Below, piece by piece: positions 30,955 to 41,685 of a DNA stretch of 63,830 bases (position 1 is its first letter; every line of letters starts with the position of its first letter). Both the position numbers and the translations under genes were made by a program. The DNA is from an uncultured virus (IMG/VR IMGVR_UViG_3300026382_000008) (lineage: Duplodnaviria > Heunggongvirae > Uroviricota > Caudoviricetes), in IMG/VR virus record IMGVR_UViG_3300026382_000008. One strand, written 5' to 3'. Below the pieces are notes generated by a model. It worked only from the letters and a program-made list of their open reading frames with translations. It was not told the origin of the DNA and made no database searches.

Positions 30955-31897
30955 GATTCAACCCTCCTTTTTTAGTATATAATAAGGTAAGTGTTACAAG
31001 AAGTTCACAAATATTTAGTGACTCCAATTGAGATATATCTATACTTTCAACATCAAGAGAATATAAATTCCTATCTATATCTATCATACATAATTTATCA
31101 CACGATTGATTCATGAAAGCTTCATACCATCTATCCCAGAAGTCTTTATCTTTATATGTTGTATATAACCAGTTAATCTGGTTAAAATACTTCTGGAGAG
31201 ATTCTCTAATAACTGTTGTGATAGTTGTAAATTTTTTATCAAGAATATGGGATTCATAAACAAAACAACTTAATCTAGGGTTGAAATATTTCAGTAATAA
31301 TTTGTTGATTTTATCTAATAAGATAGCATAATATAAGCGTTTGTTATAAAGTTTGAAATCAATAATTGAGTTTGTAAATGTATCGAATGCGAGAATGTCT
31401 GATATCTGTAATTCATCTAATCTTAAATTTGATGGTCTAAGAGATAAGTACCAACCAGACATAGATGTCTTAACAGTAAGTGTTGCATCTTCAATATTAG
31501 TTATTGTAAACAACATACCATCATTTGGAACAGGTTCATAATAGATTAAGTCATACTTGAAAGGACGAATTTTATAAACTGATGGTAAGAAAATTTGATG
31601 CAATGTATCATAAGAGTTATAGCCTTTCTGCTGAGAATCGTATTCCTGTCTTTGTGTTCTTGTCCCAAAAGGTAACATCAAATTATGAATAGCCTTATAT
31701 GTAATTCCTGATAAATCATTTACTTTATTTCCAGGAGTATCATAAGTGGCTAGATGTTCTGCATCATACACAGAATTATCTGGATCAAAAGAATAATATG
31801 TACAAAGTATACCAGGTTGAGTAAGTATATATCGATTAAAAACTAAATTCAAATACTCTTGTATTAAGTTTGCTTCAAATACAGTTTTATAAATCAT
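30944..31897 (-). CDS. Putative virion structural (neck-like) protein
   Basis: 317-aa ORF; assignment from context only. Confidence 0.45.
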   Translation of the reverse strand: MIYKTVFEANLIQEYLNLVFNRYILTQPGILCTYYSFDPDNSVYDAEHLATYDTPGNKVNDLSGITYKAIHNLMLPFGTRTQRQEYDSQQKGYNSYDTLHQIFLPSVYKIRPFKYDLIYYEPVPNDGMLFTITNIEDATLTVKTSMSGWYLSLRPSNLRLDELQISDILAFDTFTNSIIDFKLYNKRLYYAILLDKINKLLLKYFNPRLSCFVYESHILDKKFTTITTVIRESLQKYFNQINWLYTTYKDKDFWDRWYEAFMNQSCDKLCMIDIDRNLYSLDVESIDISQLESLNICELLVTLTLLYTKKGGLNLEN

Positions 31898-32301
31898 GTG
31901 TTTGACCCGATAGTATATTCTAAATCATAAAGATTTTCTTCATAGTTAACAATTATTGTAACATTGTATTGTACCGATCCATCAGATAAAGTTTCAGATT
32001 CAACTTTTATATCATTTACAGTAACGTCATGTACGTTGTTATGTAAAGCTTCAAGAATTATATGTTTTAAACGTTCTTTATTTTCTTCTGAATCATCTTC
32101 AAATAATGATTCATCTATATCACAGCCTAAGTTTCTGTTGTAAAATACAGTTCCTGTTAACTGTCCTAATACTACTTTGATCTTAAAGTAAATTTTCTCT
32201 AATCCGGACTTTAATACAGCAATAGGTGGAACATCATTGGTTGGTACAAATGTTGAAGTATACTTCTTAACTTGAATTCCATATTCAAAAAGTTCGCTCA
32301 T
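31894..32301 (-). CDS. Baseplate wedge gp25-like protein
   Basis: VLGQLTGTVFYNRNLGCDIDESLFE (gp25/GPW motif). Confidence 0.75.
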   Translation of the reverse strand: MSELFEYGIQVKKYTSTFVPTNDVPPIAVLKSGLEKIYFKIKVVLGQLTGTVFYNRNLGCDIDESLFEDDSEENKERLKHIILEALHNNVHDVTVNDIKVESETLSDGSVQYNVTIIVNYEENLYDLEYTIGSNT

Positions 32302-32601
32302 TTAAAGTTTCCTCTGTTTCTTCATAGATTCATATGTTTTGCTCAAACTTGTTAACTTATCTGCAAATAGGTGTGCATTCTCTGGTGTTAATGTGATATG
32401 ATTCTGAGATTGTCTTAGTTTCTCTTCATCAACCTTTTTACCAATTATACCATATTTTTCTTCTAACTTCTCTATTGTTTTAAAGTACTTAATAACTGTA
32501 TTCAATGGTACATCTAACAAAAATTCAGCACTAACATTAAGAAAGTAAGAAAGGGTTACTAGTGTTGTTTCTAAATCTTGATCAAGATAAGAGTTTTTCA
32601 A
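32302..32601 (-). CDS. Probable frameshift extension of the upstream chaperone (gp51/GT-like)
   Basis: TTG start with no SD; overlaps the upstream gene in the +1 frame just after TTTTTT. Confidence 0.55.
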   Translation of the reverse strand: MKNSYLDQDLETTLVTLSYFLNVSAEFLLDVPLNTVIKYFKTIEKLEEKYGIIGKKVDEEKLRQSQNHITLTPENAHLFADKLTSLSKTYESMKKQRKL

Positions 32602-33454
32602 TTGGGATAGGAAAAAATTCAGAAAGTATGTCTACCTCATAATCAACATAGATTTTTTGTTTGTTGGATTCACAAGATGGATTTGGACATATAGCTTTGA
32701 ATCCAAATTCAATTGTGTATCTTGCTCTAAGATTTTCTAAAAACTGTAAAACACCAGATGTTATGTATTCTGATGGAAGCTCTTGTAATGTATTTAGAAC
32801 CTCTTTCATAAGGGCTGGATTATTCAAATCATTTTTAAGAGTATGACCTTCCTTATCCTGAATAGCCACAATTGAAGGTAGTAACATGATTGGAGCAGAT
32901 TTGTAAAACAATTCTTCTAGAGAATCAGCTTTAACAGATTCTGATAAAAGATTAAACCCTAAAGATTCTGAAAACTTAAGAGTCTTAATCAAATCAGACA
33001 TAGTTGGAAGTTTTAATTGAAAATGAAGACCAAGTTCTGGATCTTCATAAAGATGAACATCAGAATAAAAAGTATCATGTTTATCATTCACAACCAACTT
33101 TGTAATTATTTGATCTAGAGGAATTTCAAAGTTTACAATTTTACCACAATGAGGACAAAGTCTTCTAAAAGGATAAGGTTCACGATAAGTTAGTTTAATA
33201 ATTCCGTAGACAAGAGCTAACAAATCTTTTTCATAAATGTTATTGAGAAAGTTTTCAAATGAACCATAGTCATCTTTGTTAACCAATCTATCATAAACAA
33301 CTTCACATATAAATCTAAATCTTTCACTCATTGTGAGAATTTCTGATTCAAGAATGGTTGATTTTAATCTGAGTGTCAAAGGGTAAACCCTAGCAGACCG
33401 TCCTGTTACAGGAAGAATGACTTCCTGTTGTGGAAGTTGTATATTAAGTGCCAT
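32582..33454 (-). CDS. Baseplate hub/tail assembly chaperone (T4 gp26-like)
   Basis: LPVTG, CPHCG, LKLPT, CPNPSC and EFF near the end; start ATG 33454 with SD AGGAGG. Confidence 0.7.
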   Translation of the reverse strand: MALNIQLPQQEVILPVTGRSARVYPLTLRLKSTILESEILTMSERFRFICEVVYDRLVNKDDYGSFENFLNNIYEKDLLALVYGIIKLTYREPYPFRRLCPHCGKIVNFEIPLDQIITKLVVNDKHDTFYSDVHLYEDPELGLHFQLKLPTMSDLIKTLKFSESLGFNLLSESVKADSLEELFYKSAPIMLLPSIVAIQDKEGHTLKNDLNNPALMKEVLNTLQELPSEYITSGVLQFLENLRARYTIEFGFKAICPNPSCESNKQKIYVDYEVDILSEFFPIPIEKLLS

Positions 33455-33538
33455 TAAGACCTCCTTTCGAATAGATTCAAAATTGTTCAAGTAATTTTAA
33501 GAATTAGCAAAAAATAAAAAAGAAGGGGGCTTACGCCC

Positions 33539-35425
33539 CTAAGAAAGCAGATCAATCCATATATCACGACTAAGGTTTTGAATACTTAAGTCGTAAATCT
33601 TAGTATCTTTTTGTTGTACGTTGCCAATCACAATAGGCATAAACGACATATCACCATCAAAAAGAAATTCGTCTAGAAAGACTGGCTTATAGGACTTTAA
33701 AGCTTTTAAAGCTAAAACATATGATTCTACACTATCATCTGTTACTGCTGGAGAGAAAGTTTTATCAATAGTTTTGTTAAAGAAAACAAACTTTTTATCA
33801 TCTGGATCAATGTAACCTAAAGTTTGGTTGTATTCGGTCTCAACTAATGGAATGGTTATCTCAACATCGGATAAAGAAAGTGGTATATCTTTCTTTTGTA
33901 CACTAGCAAGAATTAGTAAACTGAAAATATGGTTCATGAAATTTCGTCTGAAGTCATAAACACTAAAGAATAAATGGTTAGACAATTGAGACAAATCTAT
34001 TCTGTACATTTCTGTAGCACCATATGGTCTAGGAGCATCAGTCATGTCACCACTAAAAATAATTGTTTCTCCATCAACCCAATCAGAATTCCAACCAACT
34101 CTTTGACCACTTTCAGTCACAACATGAAGATCTAAGTCAACCGAAGTATAATGGTTCTTCCAATGAATTCCTATATAAACGTATCTGTTATCATTCAAAG
34201 ACATGGTTGAGAAAATAGGGACTTTTCCACCAATCAAATGTTTCAAACTCATAGGTAAAGCTAATCTGTATTTCAATGATGAAATCTTTATCATATCATA
34301 CTGACTTAGTTTGCTTCTTATGCGATTTTTCAACTCATTAAAAACTATGTCATGATATTCATGTATAACATCTAAAGAAAGAGTTTTGGGTTGTTTATCA
34401 TAAATAACAAATTTGCCGTCTCTTATTATAGCAAATCTCAATTCATTAGAGGTATTTCTGAGATAGTAAAGATATTTAACCAAATTTTGTGTTGATTGAT
34501 TCTTAACAAAAGACTTAAATCCTTGTTTATTGAGATTGAAAATATGGAAAAGTTTAACAGGTTTGTAAAGCTTATCAGCAAGTTTACGAGCTTTGTTGAT
34601 ATAAGTCCTATTTTCATAAGACTTTAAATGAAGATAGTATTCCCTGTTTCTTCTCCAAGTTTCAGCTAACTGACGAATCCTTTCTTTAGGATCATACTCA
34701 ATCCATTTCGTAAATATTTCCTGTGCCCAAGGCTCAAGTCTTAAAGACTGAAGTACTCTTCGAGATTTGATTTTCAAAGGTTTATGTGTTACTAAATTAA
34801 TCAAGTATATAAGTAAGTCATCTACATCATCAATAAATAGATACCCCTGAGGAAGGAGATTAAGAATCAAAATCTTAAGTTGTCTGTTAGCTGTTATGGA
34901 TAAAAGAAGTTTCTTGACTGTATCATCCATATAAGATAGAATTGTTTTAAATGATGTAAAACTTTCATCATCGAGAGCTCTGTTTTGAGATACAAATTCT
35001 TTGAGAAACTGAATCAGATCTTCATAGGTTAAAGCTTTGATAACATGTACGTTCTTAACAACCTGATCTGGTGTTATTTGACCAAACACTTCATTAGGAA
35101 TATAAGTTTCGATATCTACACCTAAAGCTTCAGCTCCATATGTTGTGATATAATGTATAAGTTGATGAAGTATGCGAGTACCATCTGCTTCATGTTTAAT
35201 TGTTTGATAAAATGACCAAAATGTGTTATTGATTTGATCTAAGCCAGTTACTTCTTTAAAAACATCTAATACAATATGCTTAATATGTTTAAGAGATTCA
35301 TCAATAACTAATCCATATTTAGCTAAGTATTCATCAGTATAAAATTTGTTTGTTGGCTGTTTATCAGTGAAGAACCTATTAGTCAAAGTAAAAACAGCAG
35401 TCTGAAAGCGCTTATCAACTAACAT
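33539..35425 (-). CDS. Conserved phage protein with a C-terminal TerD-like domain
   Basis: GIHWKN...VDLDLH...GWNS...FSGDMTDAPRPYGATE. Confidence 0.6.
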   Translation of the reverse strand: MLVDKRFQTAVFTLTNRFFTDKQPTNKFYTDEYLAKYGLVIDESLKHIKHIVLDVFKEVTGLDQINNTFWSFYQTIKHEADGTRILHQLIHYITTYGAEALGVDIETYIPNEVFGQITPDQVVKNVHVIKALTYEDLIQFLKEFVSQNRALDDESFTSFKTILSYMDDTVKKLLLSITANRQLKILILNLLPQGYLFIDDVDDLLIYLINLVTHKPLKIKSRRVLQSLRLEPWAQEIFTKWIEYDPKERIRQLAETWRRNREYYLHLKSYENRTYINKARKLADKLYKPVKLFHIFNLNKQGFKSFVKNQSTQNLVKYLYYLRNTSNELRFAIIRDGKFVIYDKQPKTLSLDVIHEYHDIVFNELKNRIRSKLSQYDMIKISSLKYRLALPMSLKHLIGGKVPIFSTMSLNDNRYVYIGIHWKNHYTSVDLDLHVVTESGQRVGWNSDWVDGETIIFSGDMTDAPRPYGATEMYRIDLSQLSNHLFFSVYDFRRNFMNHIFSLLILASVQKKDIPLSLSDVEITIPLVETEYNQTLGYIDPDDKKFVFFNKTIDKTFSPAVTDDSVESYVLALKALKSYKPVFLDEFLFDGDMSFMPIVIGNVQQKDTKIYDLSIQNLSRDIWIDLLS

Positions 35426-35478
35426 ACCACCCTCCTTGAAATCGAGTAGTGAGGGGAGCTTTCAAGCTCCCCTTTAGC

Positions 35479-36630
35479 TTATTCTTCCAAAGTTTCAATT
35501 ACAAAACCAAGTGATCTCAAAATATCTTTTCCTTCACCTAACACTTCTTGTGTTACATCATAAAGAACTTTGTATCTTCTGCATCTCATTTTGTAAACTT
35601 CACCTTTTGGAACAGCAACAACATCTTCCGGTGCAATTTCACACACAACTATTCTCACATGTTCAGGATTAGATGCACCAAACATAGGTAAGTATTCAAA
35701 GGAACAAACATGTAATCCTGATGAGCAAGCTGAATTTGGATTTGTATCACACTGTTCAAGATCTAATTCTACAATACTTCCAGGTGAGTTAAGAGTTTTG
35801 TTATCCCAAATGGATGTAAAATCTCTGTTAACTTTCTTATAAGCTAAAATTGTACCATCTTTTGTTATAGGTAATTTACCATTAGCTAAGAAGTCTGCTA
35901 ATTGATCTATGATATAACCAACAGGATTCTGTTTAAGTCTTTCTATGAGTTTAAGAAGACCTGTAATCGCATCTTTATATCTATCATAGATCGCTGATTT
36001 CATTATCACATACTTAACATAAGGCTTAAATGATTCGGGAATTGAGTTTAGAATTTTTGTAAGTTGATCATCAGAATCAAATGTTTTAAAAGCTCCTATA
36101 AGCAGAAGTAATTGTTGCCATTCATCTTTGCTAAGTTTATCTTTGTTCTTAAGTATAACATAGATTTTATTATAAGCAGTATGATCTATATAACTTGAAA
36201 GTTCAACTACTTCACCATCAGGAGTTTCAGCTACAAAACTTACAAATCCAGGAACTAAAACTTTATCCTTAAGTTTGTAAATACCATCATTCTTTTGATC
36301 CGTAGACTTTTGTCTATCCACAGTATAAATGATAGAAGGTTGTTGACCCCCTAATTCTGCTACATAATAAACATTATCTTTTTCTACAATAACTGCATAT
36401 CTGTCATTTAACTTATTGTGTTTACACCTTCTATAGACGAATGCATAAGGTTTCAAACTTCTTTCTCTGGTTAGATTAAATACATAATCAACTTGTGATA
36501 ACTTATTGACTTTCGCAAACTGTAATAGCTTATCAACAATTTTTCTACAACTTTCAGATCCTTTGTAAAGTACATGTTTACTCCGAGCATTGATGATTTC
36601 GTCCAATACTTTTCTCTCTACCTTATTCAT
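35479..36630 (-). CDS. rIIB: rIIB-like protein
   Basis: LPITKDGTILAYKKV...CDTNPNSACSSGLHVCSFEYL...DVVAVP...KMRCRRYKV. Confidence 0.9.
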   Translation of the reverse strand: MNKVERKVLDEIINARSKHVLYKGSESCRKIVDKLLQFAKVNKLSQVDYVFNLTRERSLKPYAFVYRRCKHNKLNDRYAVIVEKDNVYYVAELGGQQPSIIYTVDRQKSTDQKNDGIYKLKDKVLVPGFVSFVAETPDGEVVELSSYIDHTAYNKIYVILKNKDKLSKDEWQQLLLLIGAFKTFDSDDQLTKILNSIPESFKPYVKYVIMKSAIYDRYKDAITGLLKLIERLKQNPVGYIIDQLADFLANGKLPITKDGTILAYKKVNRDFTSIWDNKTLNSPGSIVELDLEQCDTNPNSACSSGLHVCSFEYLPMFGASNPEHVRIVVCEIAPEDVVAVPKGEVYKMRCRRYKVLYDVTQEVLGEGKDILRSLGFVIETLEE

Positions 36631-38071
36631 GTTTACCTCCTTGATTTATTGTTTCAAAAGATGAAAGTTCTTCTAATTCATCAAGATCAACTAATATACA
36701 TCTCCTATCATCATTATAAGGAATAAGCCATTGTTTATCTTTCAATTGATCATAAATTTGTTTTGGTACTTCTGTAAATTTTGATCTAACTTGATCATAA
36801 ATTGTAAATAACTTGCATAGCAAATCATAACATTCTTGATCCTTGAAACATAAAGGAGATATAAGTTTAATACTACTTAAGTTAAGAGAGCTTGATATGT
36901 GTTCAGGAAGAATCATACCATCTCTTAGCAAACCTTTTTGCAGATTGTCAATACTAAATTCCAAATCTCTAATTAATTCACCCCGATCTTCGTAAACATA
37001 TAATTCTTTAGTCTTATTACTAACAATCAAATATGCATTCTTATAAATCTCCCGTGTTACATACTTAAGAATATTATCGTCTATGTCCGTATATCTATAA
37101 AATGTCTGATATAAACCTTTGTTGAGGAAATCTATATGATCTAAACCTGTAAATTCTTTGATATCTTCAATATGTTGTTTGAAAAGTTTCCACCATTTAG
37201 TATAACGTGTTTGAAGTGAATCCAGTTGGTAACCAGTGTTATACAGACGTTTAGTCTGTTCGAGCACATCTTTAAACAATGTCTTTATATTATCAATAAC
37301 TTTGTTAACATTCTTTATCGATTCTCTTGATGGTGTAACATCAAATTGCCCAACAACTGTAAACACACCATCAATTTCATAAGAATTTGTACGTTCAATT
37401 GTATTACCTGATATAAGATTTATTGCTCCACCATATATATCATGTACATAAAGCTCAATATTATCTCTGATTATATGTTTAATAACTGGTTTACATAGAT
37501 AATAAGCATAAAAATGATAAACTTTGTCAGCTAATCTCTTATTATAGATCTTAGGACAAAACTGTAAACAATAACAAGTACTACTTATGACTTTAGCTAT
37601 CTTATCATCTGTCATATCTTGTACAGGAAGCTCAATTGTTAACCCATCTGCTTCTTCAGTTGGTTCACTTCTAAGCTTTATCAACTTAAATATTCCGGCA
37701 TTATTTGTTGCTACATAGAGGGTTTTCTGTCCACTGAAACGTGATTCGATTTTGAAACTATTTGTATAAGCAAAGGGAGATTTGGCGCCAAGACCAAATC
37801 TCCCAACAACTCTGTTATCATTTTCTTTAGTTGACTTAAAGAATGTAACATATAAGTCTTTAACGTCTTCTTCTTTTAAACCAACTCCAAAATCCTTAAT
37901 TGTCAAAGTATCTCCATCGTAGTAAATTTCTATGTTGTTAGGGTCCTTGTTTGCAAACACCATAGCATCATAAGCATTAGTTAAAGTTTCTCTAATGGCT
38001 GACATATGAGGATTTTTGTAAAGACCTGATGTAAGAATAAAACCAGCTTTCACAGTATACTTGTCACTCAT
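36623..38071 (-). CDS. rIIA: rIIA-like protein (GHKL ATPase), copy 2
   Basis: LYKNP...IRETLTNAYDA, DFGVGL, STK...GRFGLGAKSPFAY, VTPSRESI. Confidence 0.85.
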   Translation of the reverse strand: MSDKYTVKAGFILTSGLYKNPHMSAIRETLTNAYDAMVFANKDPNNIEIYYDGDTLTIKDFGVGLKEEDVKDLYVTFFKSTKENDNRVVGRFGLGAKSPFAYTNSFKIESRFSGQKTLYVATNNAGIFKLIKLRSEPTEEADGLTIELPVQDMTDDKIAKVISSTCYCLQFCPKIYNKRLADKVYHFYAYYLCKPVIKHIIRDNIELYVHDIYGGAINLISGNTIERTNSYEIDGVFTVVGQFDVTPSRESIKNVNKVIDNIKTLFKDVLEQTKRLYNTGYQLDSLQTRYTKWWKLFKQHIEDIKEFTGLDHIDFLNKGLYQTFYRYTDIDDNILKYVTREIYKNAYLIVSNKTKELYVYEDRGELIRDLEFSIDNLQKGLLRDGMILPEHISSSLNLSSIKLISPLCFKDQECYDLLCKLFTIYDQVRSKFTEVPKQIYDQLKDKQWLIPYNDDRRCILVDLDELEELSSFETINQGGKHE

Positions 38072-38088
38072 CCATAACCTCCAAATTA

Positions 38089-39717
38089 TTAAGATTCATA
38101 GTAACGAGCTATCACATTCTGTATAAATTGATCTTTTGATAATCCCAGCTTGTATTCATAATAATGATGATGAAAAATCTCATTCTCATCAAGAGCACAT
38201 AGAAGAAGTGTGGCTAAATCTGTTCTATAATAATGAGTATCATAATATCCCAGATTTTCATGAATTATATTTGCAAGCTCAGATTGCTTGATGCCTAATT
38301 GTTTTAAAGCATGTTTGAAAACAACAAAACCTAGTTGTCTATATGGAGAATTTTTCTGATAGATTAACCTTAGTTTCATATGATCCTTTTTGATATCTCG
38401 TAACATATCAATAATTGATGAATTGCGACTCATAACGAATATCTTTGTATCAAAGCCTTGTAAAGAAAATGATTCTATAAATCTTCCTGCATCATCAGAT
38501 GTATTCTGAAACTCATTGTCTGTGTGTTTCATCATAGATCTAAATTCATTTGGCGTTAACCATCTACGTGGTGCACGTGTTTTTCTCTTGGATTGTTTCT
38601 GTTTGATATGATAAACTTCATATGAAATGTTGAACGTTTCAAGAAACTTTTGAACCCTCGCAAAATCACTTTCTAATACTTTAAAATGTCTATACTTTGG
38701 AACCTTAACATTACGACGTCTCTTAATCTCAACAGATAAGTCATTAACAACATATAAAACAATTTTCTCATTACTATCATAATGAATGAGTTTCATAAGA
38801 TTTACTGTATGAGATTCAATGTTCATAAGTGTTGTTAATGGATCAATACCATACTTATTTTCGAATTCTTCACAAATACGATTTTTAATAGTAGCAACAC
38901 ATTGATTAAACTGATCCTTATCTATCAATGTACAAGATTCACGTGAAGCAGTTGGTTTAAAGAAAGGACATCCTGGTTTAAAGACAATTAGGATTGGTAA
39001 ATCATCATAGAAGTAATCATAGTAGGAAGTTCCAAGAAACATCACATAAACAGCAGGATATTTATGAGGGATCAGATATGCATCATAGAATTCACCATGT
39101 ATAGTAATACAAGGTTGTTCTTCATCATCAAATAAACCGAATTGTCGTTTAAACATTCTGAGATGTTTATTGAAAAATCTAATTGAATGATAATCTGGTA
39201 AAGGAACTTTTACAACAAGACCAGTCTTTTCTGTTTCTTGCTTATCCAGAATTTCGTAATCAATAATTCCTTCATGGTTTATGAAAATTCTATAGGAGGT
39301 CTTTTCACCCTGATAATGTGAATCTACATAAAATTCATTTGTCAAAGCAAAAGGAGATTTAGCTCCTAAACCGAAACCTCCTATAAAGTTATCATCTTCA
39401 TCTTTTGTTGACCAAAAGAATTCACAGAACGTTCTTCTTATATCATCTTCACTCAATCCTGGTCCTTGATCTTTAACTATAAGAAATTTGTTATCTATGT
39501 AACATTCAACATCTTCAACAGACTTACCAGTAGATAGATTAGCCTCTACAGCATTAAAGAAAAGCTCCCTAACACATGATTCAAATGGATCTTTATAAAG
39601 TTGAGTAGCCAAGACATCAACAAGCTTTTTAGTAGCTTGTTTGTCAAGTTTAAAAGTTGTTACATCAGCTCTTTCTGGCAGTATTTCTTGCATCAGCTCT
39701 TCTGGAAGTACTTTCAT
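38089..39717 (-). CDS. rIIA: rIIA-like protein (GHKL ATPase), copy 1
   Basis: LYKDP...VRELFFNAVEA, DQGPGL, STK...GGFGLGAKSPFAL, PTASRES. Confidence 0.85.
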   Translation of the reverse strand: MKVLPEELMQEILPERADVTTFKLDKQATKKLVDVLATQLYKDPFESCVRELFFNAVEANLSTGKSVEDVECYIDNKFLIVKDQGPGLSEDDIRRTFCEFFWSTKDEDDNFIGGFGLGAKSPFALTNEFYVDSHYQGEKTSYRIFINHEGIIDYEILDKQETEKTGLVVKVPLPDYHSIRFFNKHLRMFKRQFGLFDDEEQPCITIHGEFYDAYLIPHKYPAVYVMFLGTSYYDYFYDDLPILIVFKPGCPFFKPTASRESCTLIDKDQFNQCVATIKNRICEEFENKYGIDPLTTLMNIESHTVNLMKLIHYDSNEKIVLYVVNDLSVEIKRRRNVKVPKYRHFKVLESDFARVQKFLETFNISYEVYHIKQKQSKRKTRAPRRWLTPNEFRSMMKHTDNEFQNTSDDAGRFIESFSLQGFDTKIFVMSRNSSIIDMLRDIKKDHMKLRLIYQKNSPYRQLGFVVFKHALKQLGIKQSELANIIHENLGYYDTHYYRTDLATLLLCALDENEIFHHHYYEYKLGLSKDQFIQNVIARYYES

Positions 39718-39775
39718 GTGAACCTCCTTTTAGTAGTCTTAAATAAAAGCTTTCTCGATTTAATATAAATGATTT

Positions 39776-39807
39776 ATAGAGCCTATACCAATGAGGTATA
39801 GGCTCTA
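39776..39807. terminator. Hairpin terminator
   Basis: TAGAGCCTATACC / GGTATAGGCTCTA. Confidence 0.65.
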
Positions 39808-39810
39808 AAC

Positions 39811-40908
39811 TTAGTGAGTTTGTTTTATCATCTTAAGAATCATTTTATGAGCACCACATTCAATAAACAATTCTAATATCAGAAAAACACTGGCAACTAT
39901 AACGAAATAACCAAAACCTTTTCTAGCATAAACTTCTCTTGAGATAAATCTAAGCAAGCTCTTTAAAATGAAAGATACTAAAACAATTAATGCTGATCTC
40001 GTCAATGTTTCCTTACTGATCTTCAATGCTTTCAACATATGAAGATAAGAATAAACAATATCAACTTCTTTCTGAACTTTCGGAATATTTGCAGCTGTTC
40101 TTAATGACAAATCTATGTAATAAGCACTTGATGCTGTAAAATGATAAAGATATTTCACAGCTCTCAGAAAGATTGGTTCACTTTTGATATTCTCCAATTT
40201 ATCAAAATGGTAAGCTAACCTCTGACCTGTTTCATAAATACGCTCAAACCTTTGTTTCAAATCGTTTATCACAATTTGTAAATCTTTGTAAGCTTGTTCA
40301 ACATCAAAATTTTCTAGACCAATTGTTTTAGCTAAAGTATTTAAGACTTTTATAAGCTCTTCCTTTTGAATTTTGCTTTCCATAAGGAATATTGATAACT
40401 TAGCTAAATAGAATCCAACAGAAGACATCTTAGTAAGAATCGATAAAGCTGGTCTTACACCTATTATAGAAGCAATCATAAAAGCTGGAGTTTGAGCTAA
40501 TGTCAAAGTATATACACCAAATTTTTCAAGTAATCTAGCATTTGTTGCATAATCTCTAACACAATCCAAAGTTGATTCATCTTTTGCTAAAAATGGTTTT
40601 AAATACTGTTTCATATATTCTTGTTTATTCTTAAACAATGTGTTTACAGTTAGTAATGATATTCTGAATAGTAAATAAGCTACAAAAGTAGAAATCATAT
40701 AAAGGACAATAATGGAAACCAATCTTACAACAGGATTCTCAACAAATATCTCGTATAACTTTTCTTTGTCTTGCTTAACAATAACCTTATAAATCTCCTT
40801 TGGAGGTTTTCTAACAATTGGAGATATACTTGTTGCCAATATAGAAGCATAAAGTTTTGTCAAATAATCAAATTTTATGGTTTCCTTTTGTATTGAAACA
40901 CCATTCAT
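39811..40908 (-). CDS. Hypothetical membrane protein
   Basis: 365 aa with several TM-like segments. Confidence 0.7.
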   Translation of the reverse strand: MNGVSIQKETIKFDYLTKLYASILATSISPIVRKPPKEIYKVIVKQDKEKLYEIFVENPVVRLVSIIVLYMISTFVAYLLFRISLLTVNTLFKNKQEYMKQYLKPFLAKDESTLDCVRDYATNARLLEKFGVYTLTLAQTPAFMIASIIGVRPALSILTKMSSVGFYLAKLSIFLMESKIQKEELIKVLNTLAKTIGLENFDVEQAYKDLQIVINDLKQRFERIYETGQRLAYHFDKLENIKSEPIFLRAVKYLYHFTASSAYYIDLSLRTAANIPKVQKEVDIVYSYLHMLKALKISKETLTRSALIVLVSFILKSLLRFISREVYARKGFGYFVIVASVFLILELFIECGAHKMILKMIKQTH

Positions 40909-40959
40909 TCAAAATCTCCTTCTTGAACTTATTTAGACTTTCAATTAAGGAGTTCGTTC

Positions 40960-41685
40960 ATGACTAAGTTACATAAAGTTACGGAAGCACCACCTGGAAG
41001 TAGGCGTGAAGTCTTAAAAGAATTAGTCAAAGCTCTTATCACAAAAGTTGCAGTTATAGGAAGTGTTTCTCATGCTTTAGCTCAACTTGTAAATGCTCCA
41101 GCATTTGTTGTTAAAACAGTTGTTGATGTTATCTTAATAACATTTCTTGGAAAAGACAGCTTTGTTCTTGCTTTTAATATGGTTCCAACTTATACTCAAA
41201 AACTCTATAATTTTGCAAAAAATGAAATCCAGAAACTTCTTCCTAAAAAGAAAATTCTCAAAGAACTTGAAGAGCTTTACAGTCAGATTGATCTTGATGT
41301 ACAAAAGAAGAGGAATCTTATCAATCTAACCTACATAGTTTTAGTAGCACTAGTTACAGCCTATATTATACTAAGCGTTCTAAATCTACTTCAAAAACGA
41401 AAAGAAAATCAACAAAAATTCGTGAAAATTCTCATAAAAGAGTTGAAAACATCAAAATTTAGTGGTTTTATCAAACATATTTTGCTTCCATGCATCATTA
41501 TATCTTTGATTATATTTATCTCTCGACTTAAACAAGATATCAAGTTCAAACAGAATTTACAAAAAGAAATATTAACACTGAAAAGAAAACTTGAAAAGTC
41601 TTCTCATATTGAAACATTCATCAAAAGAAAAGATTATCAAAAAGCCATAGAAGAGCTTATCAGTTTGCTAAGTCAAAAGTCTTAA
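40960..41685 (+). CDS. Hypothetical membrane protein
   Basis: 241 aa with TM-like segments, SD AAGGAG and an upstream TGAAC-N5-TAGA. Confidence 0.7.
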   Translation: MTKLHKVTEAPPGSRREVLKELVKALITKVAVIGSVSHALAQLVNAPAFVVKTVVDVILITFLGKDSFVLAFNMVPTYTQKLYNFAKNEIQKLLPKKKILKELEELYSQIDLDVQKKRNLINLTYIVLVALVTAYIILSVLNLLQKRKENQQKFVKILIKELKTSKFSGFIKHILLPCIIISLIIFISRLKQDIKFKQNLQKEILTLKRKLEKSSHIETFIKRKDYQKAIEELISLLSQKS

